Shown: one piece after another, positions 32,501 through 43,609 of the stretch | Layout: each line of letters begins with the position of its first letter | Position numbering within the stretch: the stretch's first letter is position 1 | Source: Prasinococcaceae sp. CCMP 1430 | Taxonomy: Eukaryota > Plantae > Prasinodermophyta | Direction of reading: 5' to 3' | DNA: 64,000 bases | Assembly (NCBI GenBank): GCA_013416795.1 | Contig: RQSC01000007.1 | Location: 41,516-105,515 of the forward strand | The notes under the pieces: generated by a model | Databases searched by the model: none | What the model was told of the DNA's origin: nothing | What the model saw: the letters and a program-made list of their open reading frames with translations, nothing else | Made by a program: the position numbers and the translations under genes

Positions 32501-35500
32501 CCCCTTTGAGGGCATCATCGACGAGATTCGCATCTACAACACGAGCCTGCTGCTGGAGGACCTCCTCGACATCCGCGCCTCGGAGCCTGCCTCCAAGGGC
32601 CTCGTCCACCACTATCCTTTCTACTACCAGGGCCACGAGCCAGGGGACGTCCGCGAGATTGCCGACGTCGTGGGTGGTAACGACTCGTGCGAGCCGTCCG
32701 AGGCCGGCGAGTGGTACGCCCAAGAGAAGGCTGACGAGGAAAACGAGGCGCAAAACCCGATGAGGTACCCGCAGTGGTACCTCGAGCGAATCGGAAAGAA
32801 CATCGTGACCGTCGAGCCGACGATCCTCAAGTTTGTGGAGTCGGACGCTGGCCTTGGCGGGTCGTTCGACGGGCTGTACAGCCCGCCACCGCCGCCGAGC
32901 CCGAGCCCGCCGCCGCCGAGCCCGAGCCCACCACCACCAGGTCAGCCGCCGAGCCCGCCGCCAGAGCCACCGGCTCCGCCGCCGAGCCCGCCCCTCGACT
33001 GGTATCACTCCCACAATCCCGACCATCACCACCATGACGACGACGAAGATGATGCCCCTGCGTCGCTGCCCAGCGCTCCGCCGAGCCCGCCGCCGAGCCC
33101 GCCGCCGAGCCCCCCGCCTCCGCCGCCTCCTCCGCCGAGTGCACCGCCTAGCCCGCCACCGAGCCCGACGCGACGATGACCGCCTGCGAGCCCGTGCGCT
33201 CGAGCCCGCCGCCGAGCCCGCCGCCTCCCACTCCGCCGCCGAATCCTCCGCCACCGAGCCCACCTCCCGGTGCGCCTGTCGCTGGACCGCCGCCGCCTCC
33301 TCCTCCACCGCCGCCCCCGCCGCCGAGCGCCCCGCCGAGCCCTCCGCCAAGCCCTCCGCCGACTCCGAGCGCGCCGCCGAGCCCGCCTCCGAGCCCACCG
33401 CCACCACCGCCGCCGCCGCCGTCAAGCCCGCCGGCACCGCCGCCCTCTCAGCCTCCAAGCCCGCCGCCGCCGCCGCCGCCGCCGCCGTCGATGCCTCCGA
33501 GCCCACCGCCAGGCTCGCCACCGCCTCCGAGCCCGCCGGCGCCACCGCCGAGCCCGCCCATCGAGTGGCTGCACTACATCGCGCCCTCGCCACCGACGCC
33601 GCCTCCGGTGCCCAGCGCACCGCCGAGCCCGCCGCCACTGCAGCCGCCGAGCGCGCCACCGAGCCCGCCGCCGCCGCCCAACCCGCCGCCGCCACCGCCG
33701 CCTGCGCAGCCGAGTCCGCCCATTGAGTGGTGGCACCCTGGTCGGTACCACGCCCCGAACCCGCCTCCGCCGCCTCTTACGAAGAAGCAGAAGAAGGCCG
33801 CGAAGAAGGCCGCGGAGGCGGCGAGCTCGGACGGGGGCGTGTGTGACGGCCTGAACAAGAAGAAGTGCAAGAAGCAGGCGGGCTGCACGTACAAGAAGAA
33901 GCAGTGTATTGAGGACACGAGCGCGCGCCGTGCCTTGCTCCAAAAGAAAATGAAGAAGAGCAAGTCCGCTGCGCCACCCCCGGCGCCGCCTGCCGTCGTC
34001 GAGGCTGTGTTCGCCTCCGTGCTCGACTGCGGCGAGGGTTTCCCTTCGTCGCCCTTCACTATCGAGGCCTTCGTGTACGCGAGCACGGCCGCCGAGTACA
34101 CCGAGACGCAGCGCCTCGTGACCGCCGAGGCGGTCGACGCGTCCGAGTTCAGCGTCGCTTGGCACCTGTCAATCCGCCGCGGCTCGCCGGTCTTCGGCTA
34201 CGTGGCGGATGATGAGGTCGAGGAGGTTGCGGCCCCCTCGCGCTTCGAGCTGCGAAACCGCTGGCAGCACATCGCCGTCAGCGTGGGCGACGGCGCCATC
34301 GTGCTATACCAGGAGGGCGTGGAGGTCGCGCGCGCCGCGATGCGCGGCGAGCCGGCTGCCGCGTCCAACATTCAGCTGGGCGGCTACGCCTCGCGTGCCT
34401 GGGAGGGCGCGGAGGCCGTGCATTCGGTCTTTGATGGCCTCATCGACGAGGTGCGCGTCTTCTCCGGCGTGCGATCGGCCGCGGACATCCTCAGCTACGT
34501 AGGTGTGTCCGGTACGACCGCCCAGATGCCGACATTGCAGCGCCTGTACAACGTGCGCTTCGACCCTGCGTCCTCGAGCATCGCACCGGCGGTCCTCAGG
34601 GACGCGACCGGCAACAGTGGCGGCTGCACGGTGTCGCCCGAGGCTTACGCCGCGGGCTACGGCATTGAGTGGCTTCCTGATGGCTCGCAGTCTGCTGGCC
34701 TTGAGCTCCCCGCGGTGGTGGCGTCACCGCCTCCCGCTCTCATCGAGCTGCCGCCGCTGTCGCTGTCGCCGCCGCCGGCTATCGCCACCGCCGAACCGCC
34801 ACTGGCGGTCGGGGAACCGACCGCCTTCGCGACGCCTCCGGCTTATGATTACGATTCAGAGGAGTGCGCAACGCCGCCATCGAGGACCTTCACGCTGCCT
34901 GGAGGTGGCATGCTGCCCTTCAGCGGCGCCTCAGGCTGCTCGCCGATGTCGTCGCCCTTTGGGTCGACCTCGTCGTACATGACCGCCTACGAGCACGCGA
35001 GGCTGGACGGCCACGGGAGCTTCGGGTGCCAGACCTTTGACGCAGCAGGCGACGGCCTCACGCTGACCTTCTCGCTCAAGCCCGCGCGCGCGTTCACCGG
35101 CGCTGTGGCCGCCATGCTCGATGGCGACGGCGATGCCTTTATGACCATTGGCATTCAGACGGGCGGCTGGCTCGAGGCCAGGGTGCTTTCGGACGAGGCC
35201 ACCGGCCGCAAACTGGGCGTCACCCTCAAGGAGCCCGCGTTGGCCTCGGGCGACAGGTGGACCACGTGCAGCCTCGTGCTGTCGGGGTCGAACGCCAGGC
35301 TTGCTTGCGGCACCGCCTCGGTTTCTGAGGATGCCGCGAACGACTTCCCGCTGCCGGACACTGCCGCGCTCATCATCGGCGCCCACGAGATCGATGCGTC
35401 GGGCCACGGCTTTGAGGGCGAGGTCGACGACGTGCGCGTGTGGTCCAAGGCGCTGCGCACGAGCCAGATCCAGGTCAACCGTGACAACGAGCTCGTCGGT

Positions 35501-38500
35501 GACGAGGATGGCCTTGCTGCGTACTACCGCATGGGCGAGGCTGGAGGGCACGACTGTGCTCGACGCCACCGGCCATGGCGCCGCGTGCGAGTTCGTCAGC
35601 ACAGACCTCGACACGCCCGCTGCAAGCATTTTCGTGCATGTGCCTCTGACCGAACGCCGCCTGTATGCGCCCGAGCCCAAGCCGGCACTCACGAAGGATG
35701 GCGGGCGCCGCCGCTCTTTGCTGCAGACGGTGCCGCCGGCGCCGGCAAGCGCGGTCACTCTCGCGCCCGAGGGTGCCAAGGCCACGTGCGCGCAGATCCT
35801 CGCGGAGACTCCGGCGCTCGAGGGTCTCGACGGCCAGCGTGTGGTCGCGCTGCCCGATGGCGCCGCACAGAAGGTGTACTGTGACATGACGCGCTTTGGC
35901 GGAGGCTGGACGCTGCTCGTGAACAACGCGGGCGGTGGCGGATTCACCCAGGACAACGTGCTGCGCCGCTACCCCGCGAATCCCAACATCATGTCCGACT
36001 ACTCCAACTTGGCCATGACGGACACGATCCTCGCCGCCGGCGCCACCGGCCGCCCCTGGCACTACATGGTGGAAGTTGTGGTCAAGCCCGACGCGGACGC
36101 TGCGGTCACTGAGTCTCGCGGCGCGGTGTACTCCGCTCCGGCCAACTCCTCGCTGATCGGCGGCAACTCAAAGCGGGCATCGGTCAGCCTGGTGGAGCGC
36201 TTCGGCGAGTGGCGTGCGTCGCCGCTCGGCCTGCAAGACCTTCTCCCTACCGTTGTGACCGATGGCTCCGACGATGACGAGACGCACGCGCTGCTCTCGA
36301 CGGGCATCCGCCCTCTCGCCAGCCCGTGGGGTGCACTGGTCAATGCCGGCGAGCTACCCGACGCTTGCAACGCTGCCACGACATTCTTCGATGCGTGCGT
36401 GGTTAACACGCGCCTCTGGGTGCGGGAGGCCGGCGACGCGCCCGTCGAGGAGCCCGAGGAGGTGACGGTGAGCGCGTGCGACCTCGCGCTGTGCGAATCG
36501 GCCGCCACCAACCAGTGCAAGCAGGCACAGTGCCTCGACGATGGCACGTGCGCGTTCGAACTCAACAAGCCCGACGGCACCGCGTGCGATGACGGCGACA
36601 GCTCGACGCACCTCGACGAGTGCGACGCTGGCGTGTGCCTCGGCTACACGCTCGTGTCGCGCCAGGTTGCGCCCCTGACGCCTGCGCAGGTAGAGCGTGC
36701 GGCGTCTGGCGAGCGTGTCGGTGATGCGGACGCTTCGTTCGTGGATGCGGCCGCCATCAAGAGCCTCAGCTCGCGCGGGGGCGTCAACTACGCGCTGCAC
36801 TGGCCGGGCACGCGCTTCAGCACGCAGACGTGGACGCAGAAGAGCTACCCATGGGAGTCGAGGACCACCTCAAAGGCACGCGGTTTTGCCGCGCGCAAGG
36901 TAACGCTGGTCGGCTTCGCTGGACTGGTCGGTGACGGCGGTGACGAGCTCGCGGCGCTCGCGCAGGCACCCGCAGTCGGCTTGAAGGTTGGCGCCGCGCG
37001 CTCGTACTTCGACGGACTGCCCGGCCCGGGCGTGCTGCCAGTGGACACCATCGAGCTCTACGCGCGCGAGGTGCACTCGGACGGTGGCGTTGACGAGACC
37101 GCGACCTGGACGATCACAGTGATTACGGTCCTCGTGGTCACGCTCGCGGGGCTCCTTCTGCTGAGCCTGCGCCGAATGAGGAAGAGGGGCGAGGACGTCA
37201 AGATGGGCATGCTCTCCGGGCTGAGCGTCGCTGCTGGGCACCTCGGCATTCCAATGAGCGAACGCGTGCTCGAAGGCACGGGACACAGGTCGTTCTCCGG
37301 CTCGTTCCTGGCATCGCCGACGGCGCGCGCGGAGGCGGCGCTCATTGCCGTGCGTTCCGAGGTGTGCAAGAACTCGACCGAGCGCTGGGGGAAGCTCAGG
37401 AAGCAGTTCGAGGCGGGCTCGTACCCCTTCCGCCCGCACATGCGCCACCGACTCGTCAAGCTCATGCGCCGCTACTTGAAGCCCGACGGCAGGCTCGACC
37501 GCAACAAGCTCCAGCGCCTCGAGGTGGCGCAGCGCGTCACCATCAAGCGCTCACAGGGCGCGTCGCTGAGCGAGCGCCTCAAGGACGAGCTCTTCCTCAT
37601 CAGCGCGTACGTTTTCGACACCCTCAGCCCAGGCGTAGACGCCATGGGCAAGTTCTGGCCCGTGCTCAGCCCGCTGGTGTGTATGGTCATCTTCGGCGTG
37701 CACTCCTTCATGGCGGGACAGTACACCACCTACCAGACGGAGCTTCGCTACCGCGAGTGCGAGGCCGAGCAGGCGATCGCAGCCGCAAGCCGCGCGGAGA
37801 CCCAGGCGCTGCTCGCGCAGGTGACTGCCAGTGCGGCGCTTGCACTCGAGTCCGCAAACGCTGCGCAGGAGACTGCAGCGCTCGTCGCCAATGCCACCAT
37901 TGCCGAAGCAATCGACGCCACCGACACGACCATCGCCACACTCACCGCGATGTCCGACAACCAGGCACGCCAGCAGCAGGAGCAGGGAGGCAAGCAGGGC
38001 GATCTCGGCAACGACGTGTTCGCGCGGGTGCATGACGCACATCGCGCGCAGGATCGCGTGGGCGCGCTCGAGGCCGAACTCGACCTCGACAATCTCAGTC
38101 GCGAGGAGCAGGTCATGCTCGAGCAAGCCCGTGCCGACAAAGACCGGCAGGACGAGAGCGTGAAGTCGCTCTTTGATGAGGTCAGCGCCCTCGACTCAGA
38201 GATGCAGGCCGGCCGCGACCTGGCCGACAACGCGGAGACCGTCGCCACGCTTCACGAAGAGAAGCAGCAGACACGCATCAGTGCCGCACAGGGCCTCGCT
38301 GATCTTCAGATCGGCCAAGCCCAGGTGATTGCGTCAGGGGCTACCGATCAACTCGATAGCGCCGCTGCTGCTACTGCCGCCGCCAACGACCTGCTCGATC
38401 CGTGGGCGGCCGTTGGCACCCTCGACGCCAGCTTGCTCGCCAGCGATGCCGCCGCGGTGGCGCTGCTCGAGGCTAAGCTCAGCGCCGTGTCCGGCAACGG

Positions 38501-39215
38501 CTATGGCGCCGTGGAGCACACCTGCGAGCTCTTTGCCCCCACGCGCGCCTCCCCTGGCATCTTCGAGTCGAGCCTGCACGGCTTCTCAAAGCCTTTTGAC
38601 GCCGAGTACCTCGTGCGCTGGGGTGCGCGCTACGTGCCGTCGCTTCTCGAAGACACCGAGGGCTATCGCTTGATTGCGAGCACCTTTGTGCACGGCAGCT
38701 GGAGCCAGCTCTCCACTTCGATGCTCGTTATCGGCGTCGTGGGCATTCTGCTTGAGCGCCGCTACGGCTCGCTGCGCTTCCTGTCTGTCTTCGTGCTGTC
38801 AGCGCTGGGTGCCAACTTCGTCGGCGCGCTTGCCGACTCGGAGTGCGACGTCGTCACCGGCGCCACGGGTGCTACCTTCGGCCTCATGGCGTTCTATGTT
38901 CTCGACGCGGCGCTGTGCTCCTTCCACGCCGTGGCGCCCCCCACCATCTTCGCCTGGTCGTCGGCCACGCTCGTGTCGCTCATCCAGATTGCTGCGGCGT
39001 TCACGGGCGGCTCGATCGGCCACCTCACCAACTTCGGCGGATTCGTCACCGGCCTCGTCGTGTCGACGATCATGATCCCGCACTTTGTGCAGGAGCGTCT
39101 GGAGGTGCTCGTGCTGCCCGTGACGGCGATCGGGATCCTTGTGGTGTTCGCCGTGCTGCCGGCCGTGTTCTACGTGCAGAGCACCCCTTACTGCGCGGAG
39201 CAGTGGGAGCTCTAA
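26565..39215 (+). CDS. Giant (~4200 aa) cell-surface protein: signal peptide, LamG-like domains, M11/gametolysin-type metzincin, SPPP stalks, fibrinogen-like and Cys-rich modules, TM, inactive rhomboid; interrupted by two frame breaks (~33170, ~35545)
   Basis: Signal peptide [32 protein letters not shown] plus EYMDYWSVMG. Repeated LamG motifs (WQHVAV, FEGIIDEIRIYN, FDGLIDEVRVF, FEGEVDDVRVW). KVYCDM...GGGWTL. TM at about 37107-37170. Rhomboid core at about 38600-39190. The middle and last ORFs lack their own signal peptide. Confidence 0.72.
31432..33780 (+). repeat. (Ser-Pro3-4)n low-complexity coding arrays (extensin/pherophorin-like)
   Basis: CCG/AGC-rich blocks at about 31432-31640, 31860-31922, 32880-33000 and 33060-33780. 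Confidence 0.9.
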
Positions 39216-39349
39216 GGGAAGCGTAGACTATTAATTAAATACAGTATTATTCTATGGGACTCTGACATTGCGAGCTTTGCACGCGTCCGCGCCAGCGCTG
39301 CCTCCGCCAGCCAGCTGCTTCGCGCCCCGCGACGCAATAGTCGATGCGG

Positions 39350-42300
39350 CTAGTTGTTCGCCGCGTCCCACGCCGTCCGCCAAGTCGAGAAAGCGGGAAG
39401 CGCGTACACGCGCACCTTGCCGAGGTTGCCACCGCTGGCGCTGGTGGCATCGGCGTCGTCATCATCGGTCGAGTCATCCCCACAAAAGCCTGCTGCGACA
39501 CGCGTGCCGTCGCCCGAGATCGCCTCAGCGCAGCCGGCGCGGTCGCCCGACTCCGCACCTTCAATGCGATTGGTGATCTCGACCCAGTAGCCGCCGCTGC
39601 TGTGATTGGCGAGCTCGGGGACGTCGCTCGCATCCCACAGCTCGAAGATTCGCGTGGCGCCCTCGTTCGTGTCTGCAAACAGGGTGTCTTCCCCTGTCGC
39701 GCCGATAGAGACGCGCGCGCCGTCTGCACGCCAGGCCGGCCGCGCCCGCCCCGAGGATCCACGCGCCGGTGGTCGTGACAAATGAGCGTGGTCCGTGTCA
39801 GCAGCCGTCAAACGCGCGCCGACAGGCGTGGGCAGCGCTCGGCGCACGCACCTGTTGATATGGAAACCGACTCGCCCAAGCGAACGTCGCCGCCGTTGAA
39901 TGCAACCCCTCCCACGACATTCCCGGTCCAACCCAAGGAAGACCACGAGTCACCTCCGGCGTCGTAGTCATAAGCGCGCACAACGCCATCACCATAAAAA
40001 TAGCCAGGCGCGCCCACTGCCACTCGGGTGCCGTCGCCTGAGAGAGCGACAGCTCCTCCCTGTTCATCGCCTGAAAACGAGCTTGTCATGTCGTCGCCCA
40101 CCTGGGTCCAGGCTCCAGAGGTGTACTCCAGCACGCGCGCGCGGCCGCACGAGCCGTACCAACCGCTCACGAAGCCGGGCTCGCCGATTGCGATCTTGGT
40201 GCCGTCAGAGCTCAGCGATACCGACGTGCCTGCCTTGCTCTGGTCGTTGGCCCCATCCACGTCGGCACCCACTTGCGACCACGCGCCGGTGCTATACGCG
40301 AACACTCGCACGCTGGGAGTCAAGGTGCGTGATGAAGGGTTGGTGCAACAAGAGGTGTGGGTATTGTGTGGACGCGTGCACGCGCGCAGCGTCAGTGGTT
40401 GCTCGCGCTTGCTCGTGCGCGAACGCGTCCTTAGCTCCAAAGCTTGTCTCAACGCGAAGTGGTGAGCGAGCGAGCACGCGCGCGCGCGCGTTTGCGCGCG
40501 CGCACTCGCACGCACCTGCCCGCATTGGTGCCCCCGTCGCCGTTCTTAGGCGCACCCACGGCCATCGTCAGGCCATCGGCAGCGAGCGCCACAGACGAGC
40601 CGAACTCATCGCCCGCGGCCTCGCCGTCGATGTCTGATCCCAGCTGCGTCCAGGCCGCCAGCACATACTGAAAGACGCGCACGTGACCCGCGTCGGCACC
40701 AGTGCCGTCGTTCGCGTAGCCACCGATAGCGACGATACTTCCGTCCGAGGACATGGCGACCGTGCGGCCGAATCCATCGTCAGCGGCCTCCCCATTGATG
40801 GCGCTCCCGAGGAGAGTCCAAACCCCTCCGCTCTCTTCGAGCACGCGCACCTGGCCCGCACCGCTGCTGGCATATGGCATGCCCACGGCGATGCGCGTGC
40901 CATCCGACGACATCGCGACAAGCTCGGCGCTCATCGTGGTGAACGAGGCAGCGGCGGCATCCCCCCCTATTCCAGCGATTGTGTTGATCCCGTCTATAGT
41001 TGCACCAACCTGCGTGGGGTCGCTGAGCGTGGGGTACATGTTGAACATGCGCGGGGGTGGCGGGCTTGGTGGCGGTGATGGCGGCGGGGATGGCGGCGGC
41101 GGGCTTGGCGGTTGGGACGGCGGCGGGGGTGAGGGTGGAGGTGAGGGCTGCGCGGCGGGCGGGAACGCGCGCGCGCGGCCGAATTAACGCCGCGTTTTTT
41201 GGGCGGAAAAGGCGGCGAAAAAAACGCGCGCGGCGCCGGGGCGGCGTGCTGGCGGCGGCGGAGGCGGGCTAGGTGAGGGCGGGGGTGAGGGCGGGGGTGA
41301 GGGTGGAGGTGAGGGCGGGGGTGAGGGCGGAGGTGAGGGCGGGGGTGAGGGCGGCGGTGAGGGCGGAGGTGAGGGCGGGGGTGAGGGCGGAGGTGAGGGC
41401 GGGGGTGAGGGTGGAGGCGAAGGCGCAAGCACCGGGGGGGGTGAGGGCGGCGCCGCACTCGCTGCAAGAGGCGGCAGCGGAGGTGGAGAAGGTGGCGTGC
41501 CCGGCGCTGGCGCCTTCGATGACGGTGGTGAAGGCGGGCTCGCGATCTTGAACTCCGCCGGCTGAGGCGGCAGCAGCACTGTTGGCTCGGCCGGGGGCGC
41601 GACCGCCGCGACCAATGTGGAAAGAGATACCGGGGGCTGGCGGCCTTCAGTGCAGCGGTCAAGCAGGTCGAGTGCACGTTCCTGCGCCAGCAGGCCCTTC
41701 TCAGCCAGGCAGCCGTACTTTGAGCTTTCAACCTGAGCCTCAACGCGCACGAGGGCCCAGCATCCCGGCGAGAGGCTACACGCAAATCCGTTGTCAGCAC
41801 CCCCCTCAGTCGCAGTGTCCATGCCCTGGAAGAAATCGGCGCAACCCGTATCTGTGTAGACCGCCTCGACGTGGTCGCACGGATCAAGTTCGATCACGGA
41901 TGGCGAGAAAAAGTACACCGACTCGATGTCCAGCTCGACGCCCTTCGCGCGCATGGTCGACGAGATCTCAAACTGTTTGTTGACTATGGTCTCTTCGTAC
42001 ATCTCCACCTGTTCTTCGTCCTCGGCAGCGATGGCCACGTCGAGCTCGATGCCGCCACTGAAGGTCGCATCGGGGGGACTCGCGTCGTCCATCTCAAGCA
42101 GAGCCCGGCGCAATCTCCGCGCTCGGCGTGTTGCACCGCCATCGGCCACCGCCGGGCTCTCGGCTGGACGGATGTTGAAAGTGCGCACGTCGCTCAAGTC
42201 GGCACCGATGATATCGGCAAAGGACACGCGCGTGGCCATTTCTGCAGCGTCGTCGAAGCTTGTCACGTCGGGATACCTTCGAAGCCCCAGAGTGGTAATA

Positions 42301-43352
42301 ACCTCCACGGCATTGTTTTCGAAGTCGATCGTCGGCGGGCTGGGAGTGACGAGGTTGCCACCATTTGCTGCAACGACCGAACCGAGCGCCGCGCCAGTCG
42401 ATACGACCGCAGCGGTGGTTGCAACTGTGACCGTCGTCGCCGTGGTAGCGGTGGCGGCGCCCGCAGAGGCCGCAGCGCCTCCGGCCGCAGCAGCCGACCC
42501 AGACGCCGCCGCGCCGCCAGCGCTCGCGGCCGTGCTACCGGCGTTCGACGCGGCGCTCGCGGCCTGCTTCCCGCATTTGAAGAAGGTCGCCAGCTTGCGA
42601 TAGAGCAGTTCGCACCGCCCCGCCATGCCTGTGGCGCGTTTGGCTGTGCCTTTCACCTTCTGGTACGTCGCGTATCGCTTGTCGCCAAGCAGGCGCTTGA
42701 CGACCTCATCACCGATCTTCTCCATATCCATCTCCGACAGGCCTTCGAAGACCTTCTCATAGTTCTCAATGATGCTGCCGGCCTCGTCCACGGCTTCCAA
42801 TTGATCCACGAGCTGCTCCGCTGTGTCCATGCCCTGGTCAATCGCGTCCATTCTCTTGTTGAGTCCGTCGGCGGCGTCGTCCACTTTCTTGGCCGCCGAG
42901 TTCACCTTCTCGTTGGCCGCACTGACGGCGTCGACGCCCTTCTTGGCCACTCCTCCGACGCGAGTCGTGCCGAGCTTGTCCCACGCCTTCTCGGCGCCAG
43001 CCTTGAGCACGTCAACCACGACATTTTGCTCGTCAGACAAAAGCCTCAGGCCTGTCTCCGCGGTGGCCAGCGCCCTCCCGGCCACCTTGCTCGTGCGGTC
43101 GTCGAGGCTCTTGGCGGTCTTGACGCCCTTTTGAAACGACGTCAGCTCCTGCGCGCCGCCGTCGCCCTCACCCTCGCCCGCGCCGCTACTGCCATCGTCG
43201 CATTCGCCTGCCTCCGGGACATCCTGGACGTCCTCCTCCTGATCGGCCTCAGACGCGGGCTTGGCCGCAGGCTCCGCCACGGGCGTTGGCTGAGGGGCTG
43301 GCGCAACCTTGGGAGACTGCGTCCCGCCCTTTTCCCTGGCGAAGAGGCCCAT
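39350..43352 (-). CDS. Type II membrane protein with SPPP stalk and C-terminal seven-bladed FG-GAP (integrin-alpha-like) propeller; complement(join(39350..39723,39852..40312,40516..41147,41250..43352)), 1189 aa
   Basis: The spliced length of 3570 nt is in frame. Seven repeats of (I/V)DG...D.FG..VA(M/L)S.DG..(I/V)A(V/I)G.P....G.VRV. An internal hydrophobic segment, no signal peptide. The first intron requires a GC donor. Confidence 0.75.
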
Positions 43353-43609
43353 CGCGCGCGAGAGAGAGAGAGCGCGCGCGCACGCGCGCGAGAGCGCCTA
43401 CCGAGCGCCCGCCGAGGGCGCCTGTGGAGGGCGCCTGTGGAGGGCGCCTGCGGTAGCGCCTGCAGGTGCGCCTGCTGAGCGCGCCTGCGGGCGCGCTCGG
43501 CCGGCGCGCCTCTCGCGCCTCCCCTCACCCGGCCTCGCCCCGGTTCACCACCCCTTCCCCCTACCCCCGTCTGAGGGACACGCGCGGTCTGCCATGCCAC
43601 GCGCGCGCC

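Noticed and set aside
31515-34165. Long Ala/Gly/Arg-rich ORFs on alternative frames of the SPPP region
   Set aside because: They are low-complexity shadows of the polyproline coding repeats.
38600-39215. Active rhomboid protease as a separate gene
   Set aside because: It is continuous with the upstream ectodomain ORF, and both catalytic positions appear substituted (S to T, H to N).
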